In this document: positions 13,384-26,100 of the stretch, piece after piece
How the letters are laid out: each line of letters opens with the position of its first letter
Position numbering within the stretch: position 1 is the first letter of the stretch
Assembly: GCA_016748015.1 (NCBI GenBank)
Contig: JAAOMT010000223.1
Span: 62,752 to 126,751 of the forward strand
Source: Geosiphon pyriformis uo1
Taxonomy: Eukaryota > Fungi > Glomeromycota
Length of the DNA: 64,000 bases
Reading direction: 5' to 3'
Notes under the pieces: generated by a model
Told to the model about the DNA's origin: nothing
Databases searched by the model: none
What the model saw: only the letters and a program-made list of their open reading frames with translations
Translations under genes and position numbers: made by a program

Positions 13384-15457
13384 TCAAATTGAAGCAATCC
13401 ATGGATGTTGGAGCGCTGCATCTGCTTCCAGCATCTTTTTTTTCAATTTGCTTATAAAGTCCTGTCCATCACTGGAGAACACCGTATTAAGCTCTTCTAA
13501 TAACTTGCCTAATTGATACATGTCCGAAAGAGTTGTGTAGAGATTATTCTTATCAAGCGTGCCATCATCCCAGTTTATTAATAAGATGTCGAATTTTTCG
13601 TTTATTTTACCTCCATGCTCGAAATCAATAAGAACATATTCGTAGCCTTGAGAATTATTCGAATCGTAAATAATATTCGATAAACAAATGTCGCGATGGA
13701 CGTAATCTTTTTGATGAAGTCTCTTCAGTCCAGTGAGCAAACTACACGTCATCACTCGTGTTGTTTGCTCGTCTTTCGGTGGGCGTTCAAGGCCACGTGT
13801 CTTCAGTTTGATTATATATTCCCCTGGCCGACCTACTTCAAAGATCGGTCCTTCCAAGAGCTGAACGAGTCCATGATGACCTTTTGCAACCTCGTACATG
13901 AGCTTTAATGTATCAACACGGTCGTCGTCCTCCCCAAAGCCATAGAGTCTACTGTTCAAAACAGCTTTCTCGACATACTCTTCAAAGAAAGTAATTGTAG
14001 AATTTCCGAGTTCCAGTGGCCTACCGAGAGGGATTACTTTAGCAGGGAAGGCATTCTTTGTGATCATGGTTTTAAGGATACGAACAATATTGATGCATAT
14101 CTTGACAGCTTTGTATCGAGCTTTGATATCATCCAGGTAAAGTTCTGTGGACAGTGGAACCAACGTCTTACTGGGACCATCAATTGCATAAAAGCACATA
14201 ATGTCCTTTGCTACAACAAAACAAATTAAAAATTGAATATTCCCGAAATATAATGGATCGAGCTTGCTAAAATTGGCTATGAGCTCTTCTTTGGCAGTTT
14301 CAAGATCGTTTCGTGCAGCCCTCTCTTCATTTTTTATCACTAGTACATCTTTAACATATCCAAGAAGATCAGGTCTATCGTGTATTGCCACTGGAATGCC
14401 TTTTGAAATCCTTAGAAAACAAAATGTAAAATTATTGTTAGACATGGAAACAAAAACTAATAAACACTAAGAACAGCACACAAAATGAAAACATACTTCT
14501 CAGTTTTGATACGGGAAAATTCTATTTGAAAATCTAATTTTTCGCAAAGAAATGTTAGGAGACGTACGATTAATATATCCACACACGGAACCAGCTCTAT
14601 TCCGGATTTTATTTTGGTAAAACTCGTCTCAGAGAGGGCACTCCTGATCACAGTTGCTAATTCACTCTCCCTATCTATTTCATCAAAATAGATAGAATCA
14701 CCAATTTGTGCAAACTGGCAGTTGTCAAAATAAGATAATATTGTCAATTATGAATAGATTAAGAACAGTTAATATGAAATTAAGGTCATACTTTTCCCAA
14801 GTCCGAGTAATTAAGCACGGGAAGTTTTGCAAGAAGAGGTGCGTTAATGAGGTCCAGCAACTGGCCAGCATGAGTTGGCAGAGTATCAAATGATTGAATG
14901 AGGTTTTCACATAGAAACTTAGTCTTGTCGGTCTCTATTGTTGAAATTGTTAAAAACCGGGGTGTTATCAACATTAATGTATAAATCTGTGTTAAAAAGT
15001 ACAATACCGTAGCGTGATCTTTTTGGAGGACGTTCGATTTCTGCAAGTGAAACAACATTCAAGAACGTTGAAGTTGCAAGAGTGCAACACGCATGAGTCA
15101 GAGTCATTACCCAAAGTCATAAACTCTGTCCCAAACGCCTGACTCACAAGTCACGAAGTCATTACCTGTATCATCTGTTGCTGCACGTAGTTTTTCTGCC
15201 CATTTTTGCATCTCCTCTATCCACTTGTTCTTGTCTACTTTTAGCTCCTTCAATTCTTCTTCCAGCTCTTCCTTTTCTTGTGTCCATGCCTCCTTTTCTT
15301 CAGTGTCAGTCCACTTTTTTCCTCTCATTTTGTTCTTTAATTCACTTAACCTATTTCCCTCCTCACTCTTTCTAAATTCCTTTAGCTCCTCTACGCATCT
15401 CTCATACTGGGTCGTAGCCACCTCTAATTGACGTTTAATATCTTCAACGCTCGCCAT
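13384..15457 (-). CDS. Crinkler-like protein: coiled-coil header, putative NLS, REase-like (PD-(D/E)xK) domain, kinase-like domain; 5 exons
   Basis: ATG at 15457. Four GT-AG introns (first 15165-15041) join the listed ORFs in frame. Motifs 'PPKRSRY', 'RPDLLGYVKDVLVIKNEERA...LETAKEEL' (REase-like), 'INIVRIL', 'LHQKDYVHRDICLSNII', 'LIDFEHGG', 'SDMYQLG', 'ALQHPWI'. Confidence 0.82.
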
Positions 15458-15639
15458 GGTGTTTCGCGTGTTTGTTATGGTTTGGAAAGATATGGCTTAA
15501 TATATGTTTGGTTTCAGATCAGTATAAATTTACTATTTAGGTAACAAACCCGCTATTGTTAAATTATCACAATAATCAGAGTTTTTAATCCCTGCAGTTT
15601 GCCTACATCATATAATTGTTATTTAATAATTATTGTATT

Positions 15640-17330
15640 GTGCAATATTCATTAACATGTTTATTTTTTTGTTAAATTAACATTATTATTGTTTTAATAA
15701 TTTTATTAATACTTTTATATTAATACTTTATATTTTTGCAGAATTATTAGTTAGTCAATTTTTTATTAGTTAAAAAACATATATTATGGTTTTTTGTGAA
15801 TTTTTAAACAAAAAAAAACAAAAACAATAATAATAATATTATTATTTTTAACTTAAAAAAATTAATATGTAATATTAAATAGAACTATTTTTAACAGTCA
15901 ATAAAAAAGTGATTTAAATTGTTAAAACATTAACAAATTTAATTACAGATTTATTAAATAAGTTACTTTTTGTAACTAAAATTTCAAAAAAATTAAACAT
16001 AAAAAACTGAATAATAATAAAAATTTTAAACATAATAAATAGTTTTAAAAAAAAAATTTATATAATTTAAAATCAAATAATTTAAATTTTGATAATTATA
16101 ATAATATAAATATTTAAAAAATATTTTTTTTTGTACTTTTTAAGTTTCTTAAAAAGTTTTTTTTCTATTATATTCTTTACTATTTCACAAAATCAAACTT
16201 TTTTGGCTTTAAAAAATAATTTAATTTTGTTTTCAGTTTTTGTAATAGAATCTTTTATAAAAAACATATTAAAAAAAAATAAAAAACTTTAATTGGTTTT
16301 ATAAAACATATAAAAAGTTTATAATTTGTTGGCTGATATTATTTATAAAAAAGTTTAATTTAAATTAAAATTTGTGAGAATTCTTTAAATATATTTATAA
16401 TAATTTATGTTAACAAAATGATAACAAATTTTAATTTATATAATATATAATAGTTTAAATCAAAATAATTTTTTTTTACTTTTTTTGTGTAAGATTAAAA
16501 AACATAAATATTTATGTAATTATAAGATAAATATTATTTAGCAAAGTAGTTGTAAATTCAAATAATTAAACAGTTTTAAATATTTGTATTTTGGAAATAT
16601 ATTTATTATTACTTAACTTTTATAATTATTGTAAGATAAAATAATATTATATAACTATTAAAAAAAGCTTAAAAATAGTTTTGAAAGTTTGTGTTTAACA
16701 AATAATAAAACCATAATAAATTCATTAATTATAATGTTTTTAATTATTTAAAATATCTTTAAAATATATAATAAAACATTTTATTTAAATTAATATATAT
16801 TTTATATTTTTTTAATGTATTAAATTTTTTTAAAATATTATATATATATATTAATTAAAATATTATTACTTTTACTAGTTTATGATTTTAAATTTTTAAA
16901 AATTTAGATAATATATAAAAACTATACCAAAATAGATTTTAATATATTATAGTATTTTAAAAAACTGAATTTAATATTATTATTACTTTTTTTAATATTT
17001 ATTTTATTAGTAATACTTTTTTTAAGAAATTTACTAAATAATTATATTTAAGCTATTATATTTAAAACATTTAAATTTATTTAAAAAAGTAAAAGCAATT
17101 TTATTTAATTTATTATGAATTAATTTGGTAAAAATTTCTCAATAAAAGCAATACACAATTAAATTACTACTAAATATTATTAAAATAATTTTTTCTATAA
17201 AAATATCAAATGTTATATGGAATTATATAATATATGTTAACAAAAAAATAACATAAGACCTAATAAATTATTAAAATTAATACAATTTATATTATAATTT
17301 TAAAAAGTTAATATTAATTTAATTAACTAA
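15640..17330 (+). mobile_element. Second, more decayed LINE relic (same family as 1-3490)
   Basis: ~16200-16335 reads 'ALKNNLILFSVFVIESFIKNILKKNKKL*LVL*NI*KVYNLL', collinear with the RT-motif relic at 1430-1560. The whole stretch is about 90% AT by eye. Boundaries approximate. Confidence 0.6.
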
Positions 17331-17382
17331 TACCAAAAAAAAAGTGAAAAATTGAGTATATTATAATATTTATTGTTTGATA

Positions 17383-19935
17383 GATCATATTTCGCTTGGC
17401 TTTTTTTTAGAACATGGAATTGGTACTATTTCTATTTTAACAAAAGAATTTTTAGAATTCCAGAAAGCAGCGAATGCAGAAGATTTTTTTGAATAATTCT
17501 TCTTAAGACGTTGTTATGATAATGGAATCAGTACTTCACAAGATCGAGAAAAAGCATTTAAACTCAATTCAAAAGCAGCAAAGGCAGGAGATAGGAATAC
17601 ACAAAAATCTCTTGAAAATTGTTATTTTTATGGATGGGAAACAATGAAAAATTTAGAAAAAGCATTTAAACTCTATTCAAAAGCAGCAGAGGAAGGTGAT
17701 ATAAATACAAAAATTAATCTTGCAATATTTTATCAAAATGGATGGGGAACAACAAAAAATGAGGAACAAGCATTTGAACTCTGTTCAAAAGCAGCAGAGG
17801 CAGGAAATTTGGAAACACAATACAATCTTACAATTTGCTATAATAATGAATGAGGAACGACAAAAAATTCAGAAAAAGCATTTGAACTCTATTCAAAAGC
17901 TGCTAAGATGGAACACTTAGATACACAATACAATCTTGCACTTTGTTATGATAATGAAGAAGGAACAACGAGAAATTCAGAAAAAGCATTTGAGCTATAT
18001 TCAAAAGTAGCAAGGGCAGGACATTTAGATGCACAATACTTTCTTGGAGTTTGTTATGATATTGGAAAGGGAATGACAAAAAATTCAAAAAAATAATTTG
18101 AACTCTATTCAAAAGCAGCAGAGATGGGAGATTTAGTTGTACAATACTATTTTTATAGTGGATTGGGAACAACAAAAGATTTTGAAAATGTAAAAAATCT
18201 CAGTCCACAAAGCAATCTTGGAATGCATCATCAAAAAGAATAGGCAACTGCCAAAAATCTGAAAAAATGCATTTGAATTCTATTCAAAAACAGCAGAACA
18301 AAAGAATACAACTGTACTATATAATTTTGGATGATGCTATCAAAATGGATGGAGAACAACGAAAAATTTTCAAAAACCATTTGAAATCTATTCAAAAGCA
18401 GAAAAAAATAAATCAAGTTATCAAAGTGATTTTCCTGATTTGAACGCTCTTGACCTCTTAACTTTTTGAGGATAAGAATCAATATGACCTAGAGTGTTTG
18501 ATTTTACAAAAATCAAAATCAAGGGTTAAAATGGACTGTTAATTCCAAAGGAGAATATATAGATTTTGAAGCTTTTTTTTTTTACCAGCTTTCAGATCAA
18601 TTCAAATGTCTTAAATGTAGAAACTCGGTTATAATCATTAGTAGATCCCTTGACAAATGGGATATTGAAAATATTTTTGAAGGCTTGCTGAGATGTCCAT
18701 TTTGTGATGATATTTCTACCTACTTGCCGAAATGTTCAGAATGCTACAACAGATTAAAAGATTCACTTTGGTGTAAAATCTTGTGAATATTCATGATTTT
18801 CAATGAGTTGGAACACATGGAATAGTGAAAATAGTAATATTAATAAATATATATATCATACACAAAAAATTTCTGAAAGCTGCAGAGGCTACTTAGAATG
18901 GATTCCTCTCAACGAGATCAAATTTTTAGATAAAGTGGAAGAGAGAGGATTTGGTATTATTAAAGAAGGTAGATGGACAAAAGGCAGAATTATATTTTGG
19001 GATCAGGAAAATTAAAAGCATAAACGAATTGGGGTTACGAAACTTGCTTTAAACTGCCTTAAAGACAGCCAAAACATACAATATATCAATTCAAATAAGG
19101 TATCTCCTTTTAAGAATCTATGTGATTTTTGTTATACTTATTTCTTCTCTAATACCAAGAAATATATTGAATAGTTTTTTGCACATCTTAGAAGTGTCTC
19201 TTGCAAATATATCCTTGAATATTATGGAATAACCAAAGATGTCACAACCAATGAATTCATTATGGTTTTACCATTTGTGGAACATGGGGGTCTTAGAGTC
19301 TTTCTAAAAATGAACCAAGATACTTTTTTACTTAAGTAATAATTTTTTGTATTCTTTTTTAAACTCTTAGTGGCCTAAGGTTTTTGCATAAATTAAAACT
19401 AGTACATGGGAACATGCATCCTGGCAATATCTTTGTTTTGAAATCAAATCCCTTAAAAGTAGCCATTGCTTACCTAGAATTTTGTCATCCTGCCAATTAC
19501 TCTACACAGCCCAATAAGATCTTTGGCAGTGTTAAATACTCAGTGTCCGAAGTTTGTAACTTGTCACCTCATACCAAATACAGTGATATTTATAGTTGTG
19601 TTATCATTTCCTGGGAAATTATTTCAGGAGAAAGACCGTGGAATGATGTTAAAAATTTTATGTATATTCAAATAGACATAGTTCAGGGAAAGCAGCTCAT
19701 AATCAAGAAGCATATACCTCAATGTATTCAGAAAATAATTGAAAAGAATTGGGATCAGATCTCATATTGCCGTGATACTGTACAAGAACTTTAATAAAAA
19801 GTTATTGCTGCTCACGACAATTGCAACTTATATAAACTTATCCATAAAAAAGACTTAAATTCGAAGAGACATAAGATGCTATCCGAGATACAAGATATAA
19901 AAGCCAAATAATCTCAAAACCCAACATTTTCTATG
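17383..19935 (+). pseudogene. SEL1-repeat + Cys-rich linker + tyrosine-kinase-like protein kinase pseudogene
   Basis: About 8-9 36-aa SEL1 repeats ('KAFELYSKAA..G....QYNLA.CY..G.GT.K') at 17400-18410; CxxC clusters at 18600-18790; then 'SWNTWNSEN.NI.KYI...Q...YLEWIP', 'ERGFG.IKEG.W', 'EYYGITKD', 'HKLKLVHGNMHPGNI', 'SDIYS', 'WEIISGERPW'. Multiple stops and frameshifts. Confidence 0.9.
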
Positions 19936-19949
19936 GGTAAGGCCTTCTA

Positions 19950-19982
<33 letters not shown>

Positions 19983-20199
19983 TAATATCTAAAAAACCTT
20001 TTTTTTGATTTAAACGCTTTTTTTCAGATCAGAATTGTCTTATTAGTTATTAAAATGAACCAAATTGGTAAGTACTTTGTAATTATTTCAATAATGACAT
20101 TAATTATTTTTGTTGATATTTAACTATAAAATTATTTGAAATAGATGAATAATAATATTTTTTAGCTATAAAAAAATCATCTATCCTTTTATATTATTT

Positions 20200-23100
20200 T
20201 TTAGTTGAGGAATTTAAAATGGATATTATATATAAACACATTTTGAAAGTGAACCATTAAGTAATTTATTTTTTGATTGAAATATTCAACTGCAATTTTT
20301 TATAAGTGTTAAAGATAATAAACAAATTTTAGTATATCCTAAATTAAAATTTCAGGTATCCAAAAATTATACAAATTTATTAAGCCTAAAATAGTTATAT
20401 GTTCTCAAATAAATAATGATTAATAATGTTATTGTGGATTTTCGAAATGGGTATGAATTAATAAAAATTGTTGTTTTTAACTTATTAATTTGATGATTTC
20501 TTTAAAAAACAATTGAATAAAGTGAATTTTTTTAATAAAATGAGAACTTTATGTGAATGTTTTTAACCATAAATTGTATGCTTTAGCATCAGAGATGTTA
20601 ACACATTAATACTCAATAATTTACTAGGTTTAAAAGAAATTTCAGATTGTTTACATTCTGAAGATTAAGATAAATACAATTAAATAAATAAAAACAAATA
20701 TAAAATTATTATATAATAATTGAAAGTTTGTTTGGCTTTCTTGATATTAATAATAATAATAATTATAATACATTTGGAGTAAAAATTTTGTTTAACTTAC
20801 TATTTTTTCATGATTTCAGTGAGGTTTTAATTTTAAAAAAGTTCAGCATTCGTATAATATAATAAAAGAGAAAAAATGTCGAAATATTGTTGAAACATTA
20901 ACATTTTAATATTAAAGCAGAATTTGTAATCCAAAAATTTCTTTGTTTTCAGTTATAATATCAATAATAAAAAATGTAGAAAGTCAAAATCGCGGTTAAA
21001 ATAAAAAATGGTAACAAACAATTTTTCTAATTATTATCAATTAGTTAGAAATTATAATATTAGTTATTTTTAAAATTTTCTAATTTATTACTTATTATTA
21101 CTTAGATTTTTAGAATTGAAAATAATGTTTGAGAAAATGGTTATTTTTAACCCCAAAATATGTTAAGAAAACAGCAATAACTAATTAATATATTAATAAT
21201 TATAAGTTTTAAATTATTGATAAAATATTTTCAAGAATTTTTTGTTATATGATTTATCTAAAAAATAATTGTTAATACTTTTTATTAAATTGTTTAAAAA
21301 TATAAACTACAATAATATATTTTTAAACTTGTATCTTAATTTTAAAATAAAAAATAAAATTTAAATAACAAATAAAATTTAAACAACAAGTTTAAAATTT
21401 TAATTTAGAAAGTTTGAGGTTACCTCACATTGGGGAATGGGGAATGGGGAATGAGAAATACTTCCATTACGTTTGGATGTTTACCGAGTCATTAGAATTT
21501 TGGATTGTTCTAATTTTGTGGGCGTAAGTACTGCGGATCCATTCTTTTCCATTTTTTCAGTCCATTAATGAAAATGAAACCCAAAAAAAAATTTAACCCC
21601 GATTTTTAGAAATTAAAATATCCTAATTAATTTGGCATAATAATATGCGTATTGCAATAGCATTTTTTTATAATAATTTACTACCAGCTTGGAAAATAAA
21701 AATGGATGTGCAAATTTTATTATTAATCAAAACAAATCAAAATAAACGATATTTTTAAATTAATTTTGGCAATTCTTCTACTATTAAATATAAATTATAT
21801 ACTTGACTTTTAATACTATTTTAGCATTTATAATAAACTATATACTATTATAAAATATATAGAAATTATAATTTGTGGACCCCAATTAGGCTCTATTAGT
21901 ATTCAAATAGTAAATTTTAATCTATTCTATGCAGTTGTCAAATGGAACCACATTATGAGCACTTTATAATGTCTGGGTCAAAAAATAAAAAGGTAGAATT
22001 TTTTTTAATAAATATGAAGTTTTTCACATTATCAAAAATTAATTCTCTAGATTAAATGTTTTTTTAAAGACTAAGCTAAATAGGACTCCCAATTTTAAAA
22101 TTTTGTACTTACAGAATCTTTTATAGTTTATTACTTTAAAAAAGTCAAACTGCAAATAAAATATTATTTTAAACAAAGTACATTCTAAATAGGTTTTAGC
22201 TTATAACTCTTTTTTTAAAAAAAAACATCTTAATTTTCAAGTTTCGGCCACATTAAATTTTAATATAAAGTAATCTTTCAAAGTTGAAATATTATGTATA
22301 AGCTATAACCAATAAACAATAAATTATAATGTGGCTTAAAAGATATAAAAATCAATGGTTAATTTCAAAAAATATAAAACATATTATAAAAACATCAAAC
22401 AGTTAAAAATTTATTTTTCAATTTTTGTTAAATATATCTTAAATTTAATAAACCCAAACATTATTAATTTATAGTAAAAGTTATTATATTATTTTTTAAA
22501 AACCAGATATTTATTATTACAAAATACATATAATTTAAATTTATAATATTTTATATTTATATCTATATAATTTAAATAAAAAAATCTTAAGAAATATATA
22601 TTAAAAGATAAATGTTAGCAATAAATAGCAATTTCAATTACACAACAATTTAATATGTAATAAGTACAACTTTTTTCAATTTAACAAATAAGTAATTTTA
22701 GTTTAAAAGCTTTTATTGTATACTTTAATTATTATTATTATTTATTATTAAAAATTTATATTTAATATTTAATTTACTTTATAAATTTTTATTTTATAAC
22801 TTTTAATAAATCAGTATATTTTTTTAACAGTAAAAATACTTTATTTTATTATTTATATACTTAGATAATTTTTAATAAATTTAATAACAATATTTTTTTG
22901 TTAATAATATAATTTATAAATTATATTATACTACTATTATGAATTTTTTATTTAACATTTATTTTAAAAACTTTTTACCAAAAATTTTGTTAATATTAAT
23001 AATTATTTATAATAATTTGCATATTTTAATAATATAAAGATGTTTTTATTATATATTATAATCTTTTGGTATGTTTTTTATAGTTCTGTTTTTTAAATAT

Positions 23101-26100
23101 TATATTTAATTTTTTTAATATTGTTTTTAATATTTAATTCTTTTATAATATATATATATATATATAATTTTTAAACAGTTTTAAAATTTTAAGAATATAA
23201 ATATAAGAAATAAAATTTTTAATATATATATTAATTTTTAGGATTTTATTTCTTTTAATAAAATACTCTTTTCTCAATTTTATTATGAAATAACTTAAAT
23301 ATAAAATAAAGTAAAATATAGAAAAATAAAATTTTGGTTTATTTTTAAAAATAAATTTTTTTTTTAACATAATAATTTATTAATATATATTAACTTATAT
23401 ATTTTAATTTTTAATTATTTGTATTGAATTTAATAATATATGTGTGGTTTTTTTGTGAATTTTATCATATTTGTCTATTTAATAAGAAAAAATATTTATA
23501 TTATTTATTAACAGAATTAAAAATAATTTTTTAAAAAGTTTTAATTTTTCAGTTTATAAATAATCAACTTATTTTTTTTCACTTTAATAAGAAAAGTTTA
23601 TTATAAATTTAGTTATTTTTTTCAAATTTAATAATCTTAAAACTATGTATTTCTTTAATAACTTTAGTCTAAAAACATATTTGTGTTATAAAAGTTTTAT
23701 TTTTATGATTACTATTAGTGTTTTTATAATATATTTTGTATTTGCAACCATTTTAATGTCTAATTTTAAAATTATTTTTTAACATTCAAATGAATTGATT
23801 TGTGTATTCAAATTTTTTTTCAAATTTTTTTTTAAACAAAAAAATTAATACAAACAAAACATCAAGAAAAGCAAAAAATTGACAGAAACAAATTAGTTTT
23901 TTAAAGTTGAATATTTTTTAAGTTTTGCAAAAAAAACAGTCATGCTAACTATAAATAATGAGCTTTTTTTGATTATTTTGAAAAATTCTTGAAGTTTTTA
24001 TTGATCTCATAAAAATATTTATTTTAAATTATTTCCGAATATATACAATCTTAGAATTATTGATTTTAATTTACTTTTAACAATCTTCTTTTAAAAAACA
24101 TTAGAGATTGTTCTTTAAAAGTGTTAGTAATAGAAATAAAAAAAAGATATGTTTTTTAATGTTGCAGTTATTTCTGAATTTAAAAAGATTTTGTTAAAAA
24201 TTTGCATGTTTAAAACCTAAAAATCTGGATATTTACCTTTTTTTAAGAGTAGCTATCAAAAAAAAAGATGACAAAAATATTGTACAGTCAAAAATTAGAT
24301 AATTAACTAATTTTTTTTTACATGTAATTAGCCATCTAATTTTTGTACTATATTGAATAATTGAAAATTTAATTGTTTTTGGATTTAATGCATTGTGTTT
24401 TGGAGAAAATTATAAAAATTAAAAAACTTGATTAATATTTTTGTTGAGATTTTTTTAAAAATATTAACTTTTAATTATTGATAAAAATTTTTTTAAAATT
24501 CTTCACATCTGATTGAACTATTATTATTGCTCTCAGTTATATTATCGTTTAAATTTACATGAAAAAAAGCAGGTTTATTTGATTTTCAAATTTATACATA
24601 TGAAAACTGTTTTTTTTCTTTTTTTTTACTTTGTATTTAATTATATCTCTTATAGACAACGTTGAATCTGAGTCTTTGAACAAAATCAATAAATTTTCTT
24701 ATCTCCAATATGATTTTATGTTTTATGAATTAGAATTTTTTTTTCTTAGATATATTCGTATATGATATTTTTGGTTTTAAGAATTATAAGATTTTTAAAT
24801 TTATTTTGATACTTAGTTTTTTTTAGGTTAATCAAAATATGGCCAATGAATTTATTTGAAAAAAAAAGATATTGATTCATTTTTGTGGTTTAATATAATA
24901 TATTTAAAATTAAAATAAATAGAATTGAAAAGTTTTTTTTTGGTGTTCAATCTTAAATAATTATTATAAAAATTAAAAATTTACAGTTTGTTCTTGAATT
25001 TACAATCTGCAATTTTTTGTTTTACTGTATTTTATTTGAATAAATTGATATTTTTCTGTTAAAAAAAAAAAAAAAATTATTTTTATTTCTTATTTGAAAC
25101 AAATTTAGATTATCAAAAAGCCAAATAATTTCATTAATTTTAAATTGCTTAATATTTATAAAAAAAAATGCATTTTTAAGCAGTTTTTCAAATTTATTTG
25201 AAAAATTTAATGATTATTATATTTAAAATTGAAAAATCTGTATGTTTTTATAATGATTATAAAATTCAAATTTAAAAAAAAAAATATTACCAAATAAATA
25301 AAATTTATTTAATAAATTAATATTTAACAATTTTTATTATTATTTCAATTACAATATGATATATATAAAATTTTAGTATTATGTTTGTTAAAATCAAAAA
25401 AAATTACTACAATAATTGGATTTAAAAATTGTTTTCGATATGTAAAAAATTATAAATTTTTTATATTTTCATAATTATATGTATACATAATTAAATAAAT
25501 AGAATTATTTATTATTTGTTTACATAAATTTTTAATAAAAACAATATATTTATTTTAGTTTATAATTTATTAACTATTTTATTATATAATATTTATGTGT
25601 TGTTTTTAAAACAAGTAAAATGAAAAGAAAAATTTTTTTAACTACTAAACAATAAATGTGTAATTAATATATAAAAATTTTAATAACAAAAAACAGATTA
25701 AAGTATTTTAAATATTGAATATAAAACATACAAAATGTAACACATTTTATATATTAAAATTTATTTATTTTTGAATTAAAAAATTGCATAAAACTACAAA
25801 AACAATAAATAAATATATTTAATATATAATATTTAAAAATAAATAAACAAAAATAAGAAATATAGTTGTTATAGTAAAATATGATAAAAAGCAAAGATAA
25901 ATGAATTTTTTGTTTTTTATTTCGAATATAGTAAAAAGTTTTCGTGTAAAACATAGCTTAAGAATTTTTTTTAATTTTTTCAATAATTTGACTTAAATCT
26001 AATAAAAAAATATATATATAAACGAAATTTAAACAGTAATTGCAGTAAAAAACAAAAGATACTATTCATTTAATATGAAATATAATATTTAAATATATGG

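Noticed and set aside
17400-18410. 108-bp periodic repeats as a DNA repeat array
   Set aside because: They encode 36-aa SEL1 protein repeats.
1278-25954. Short I/K/F/N/L-rich ORFs in AT-rich DNA (e.g. 1278-1550, 6681-6872, 11133-11372, 23143-23370, 25754-25954; also 53730-53921, 55582-55776)
   Set aside because: Low-complexity chance ORFs or fragments of decayed retroelements; many start at TTG/GTG, which is not expected for a eukaryotic gene.
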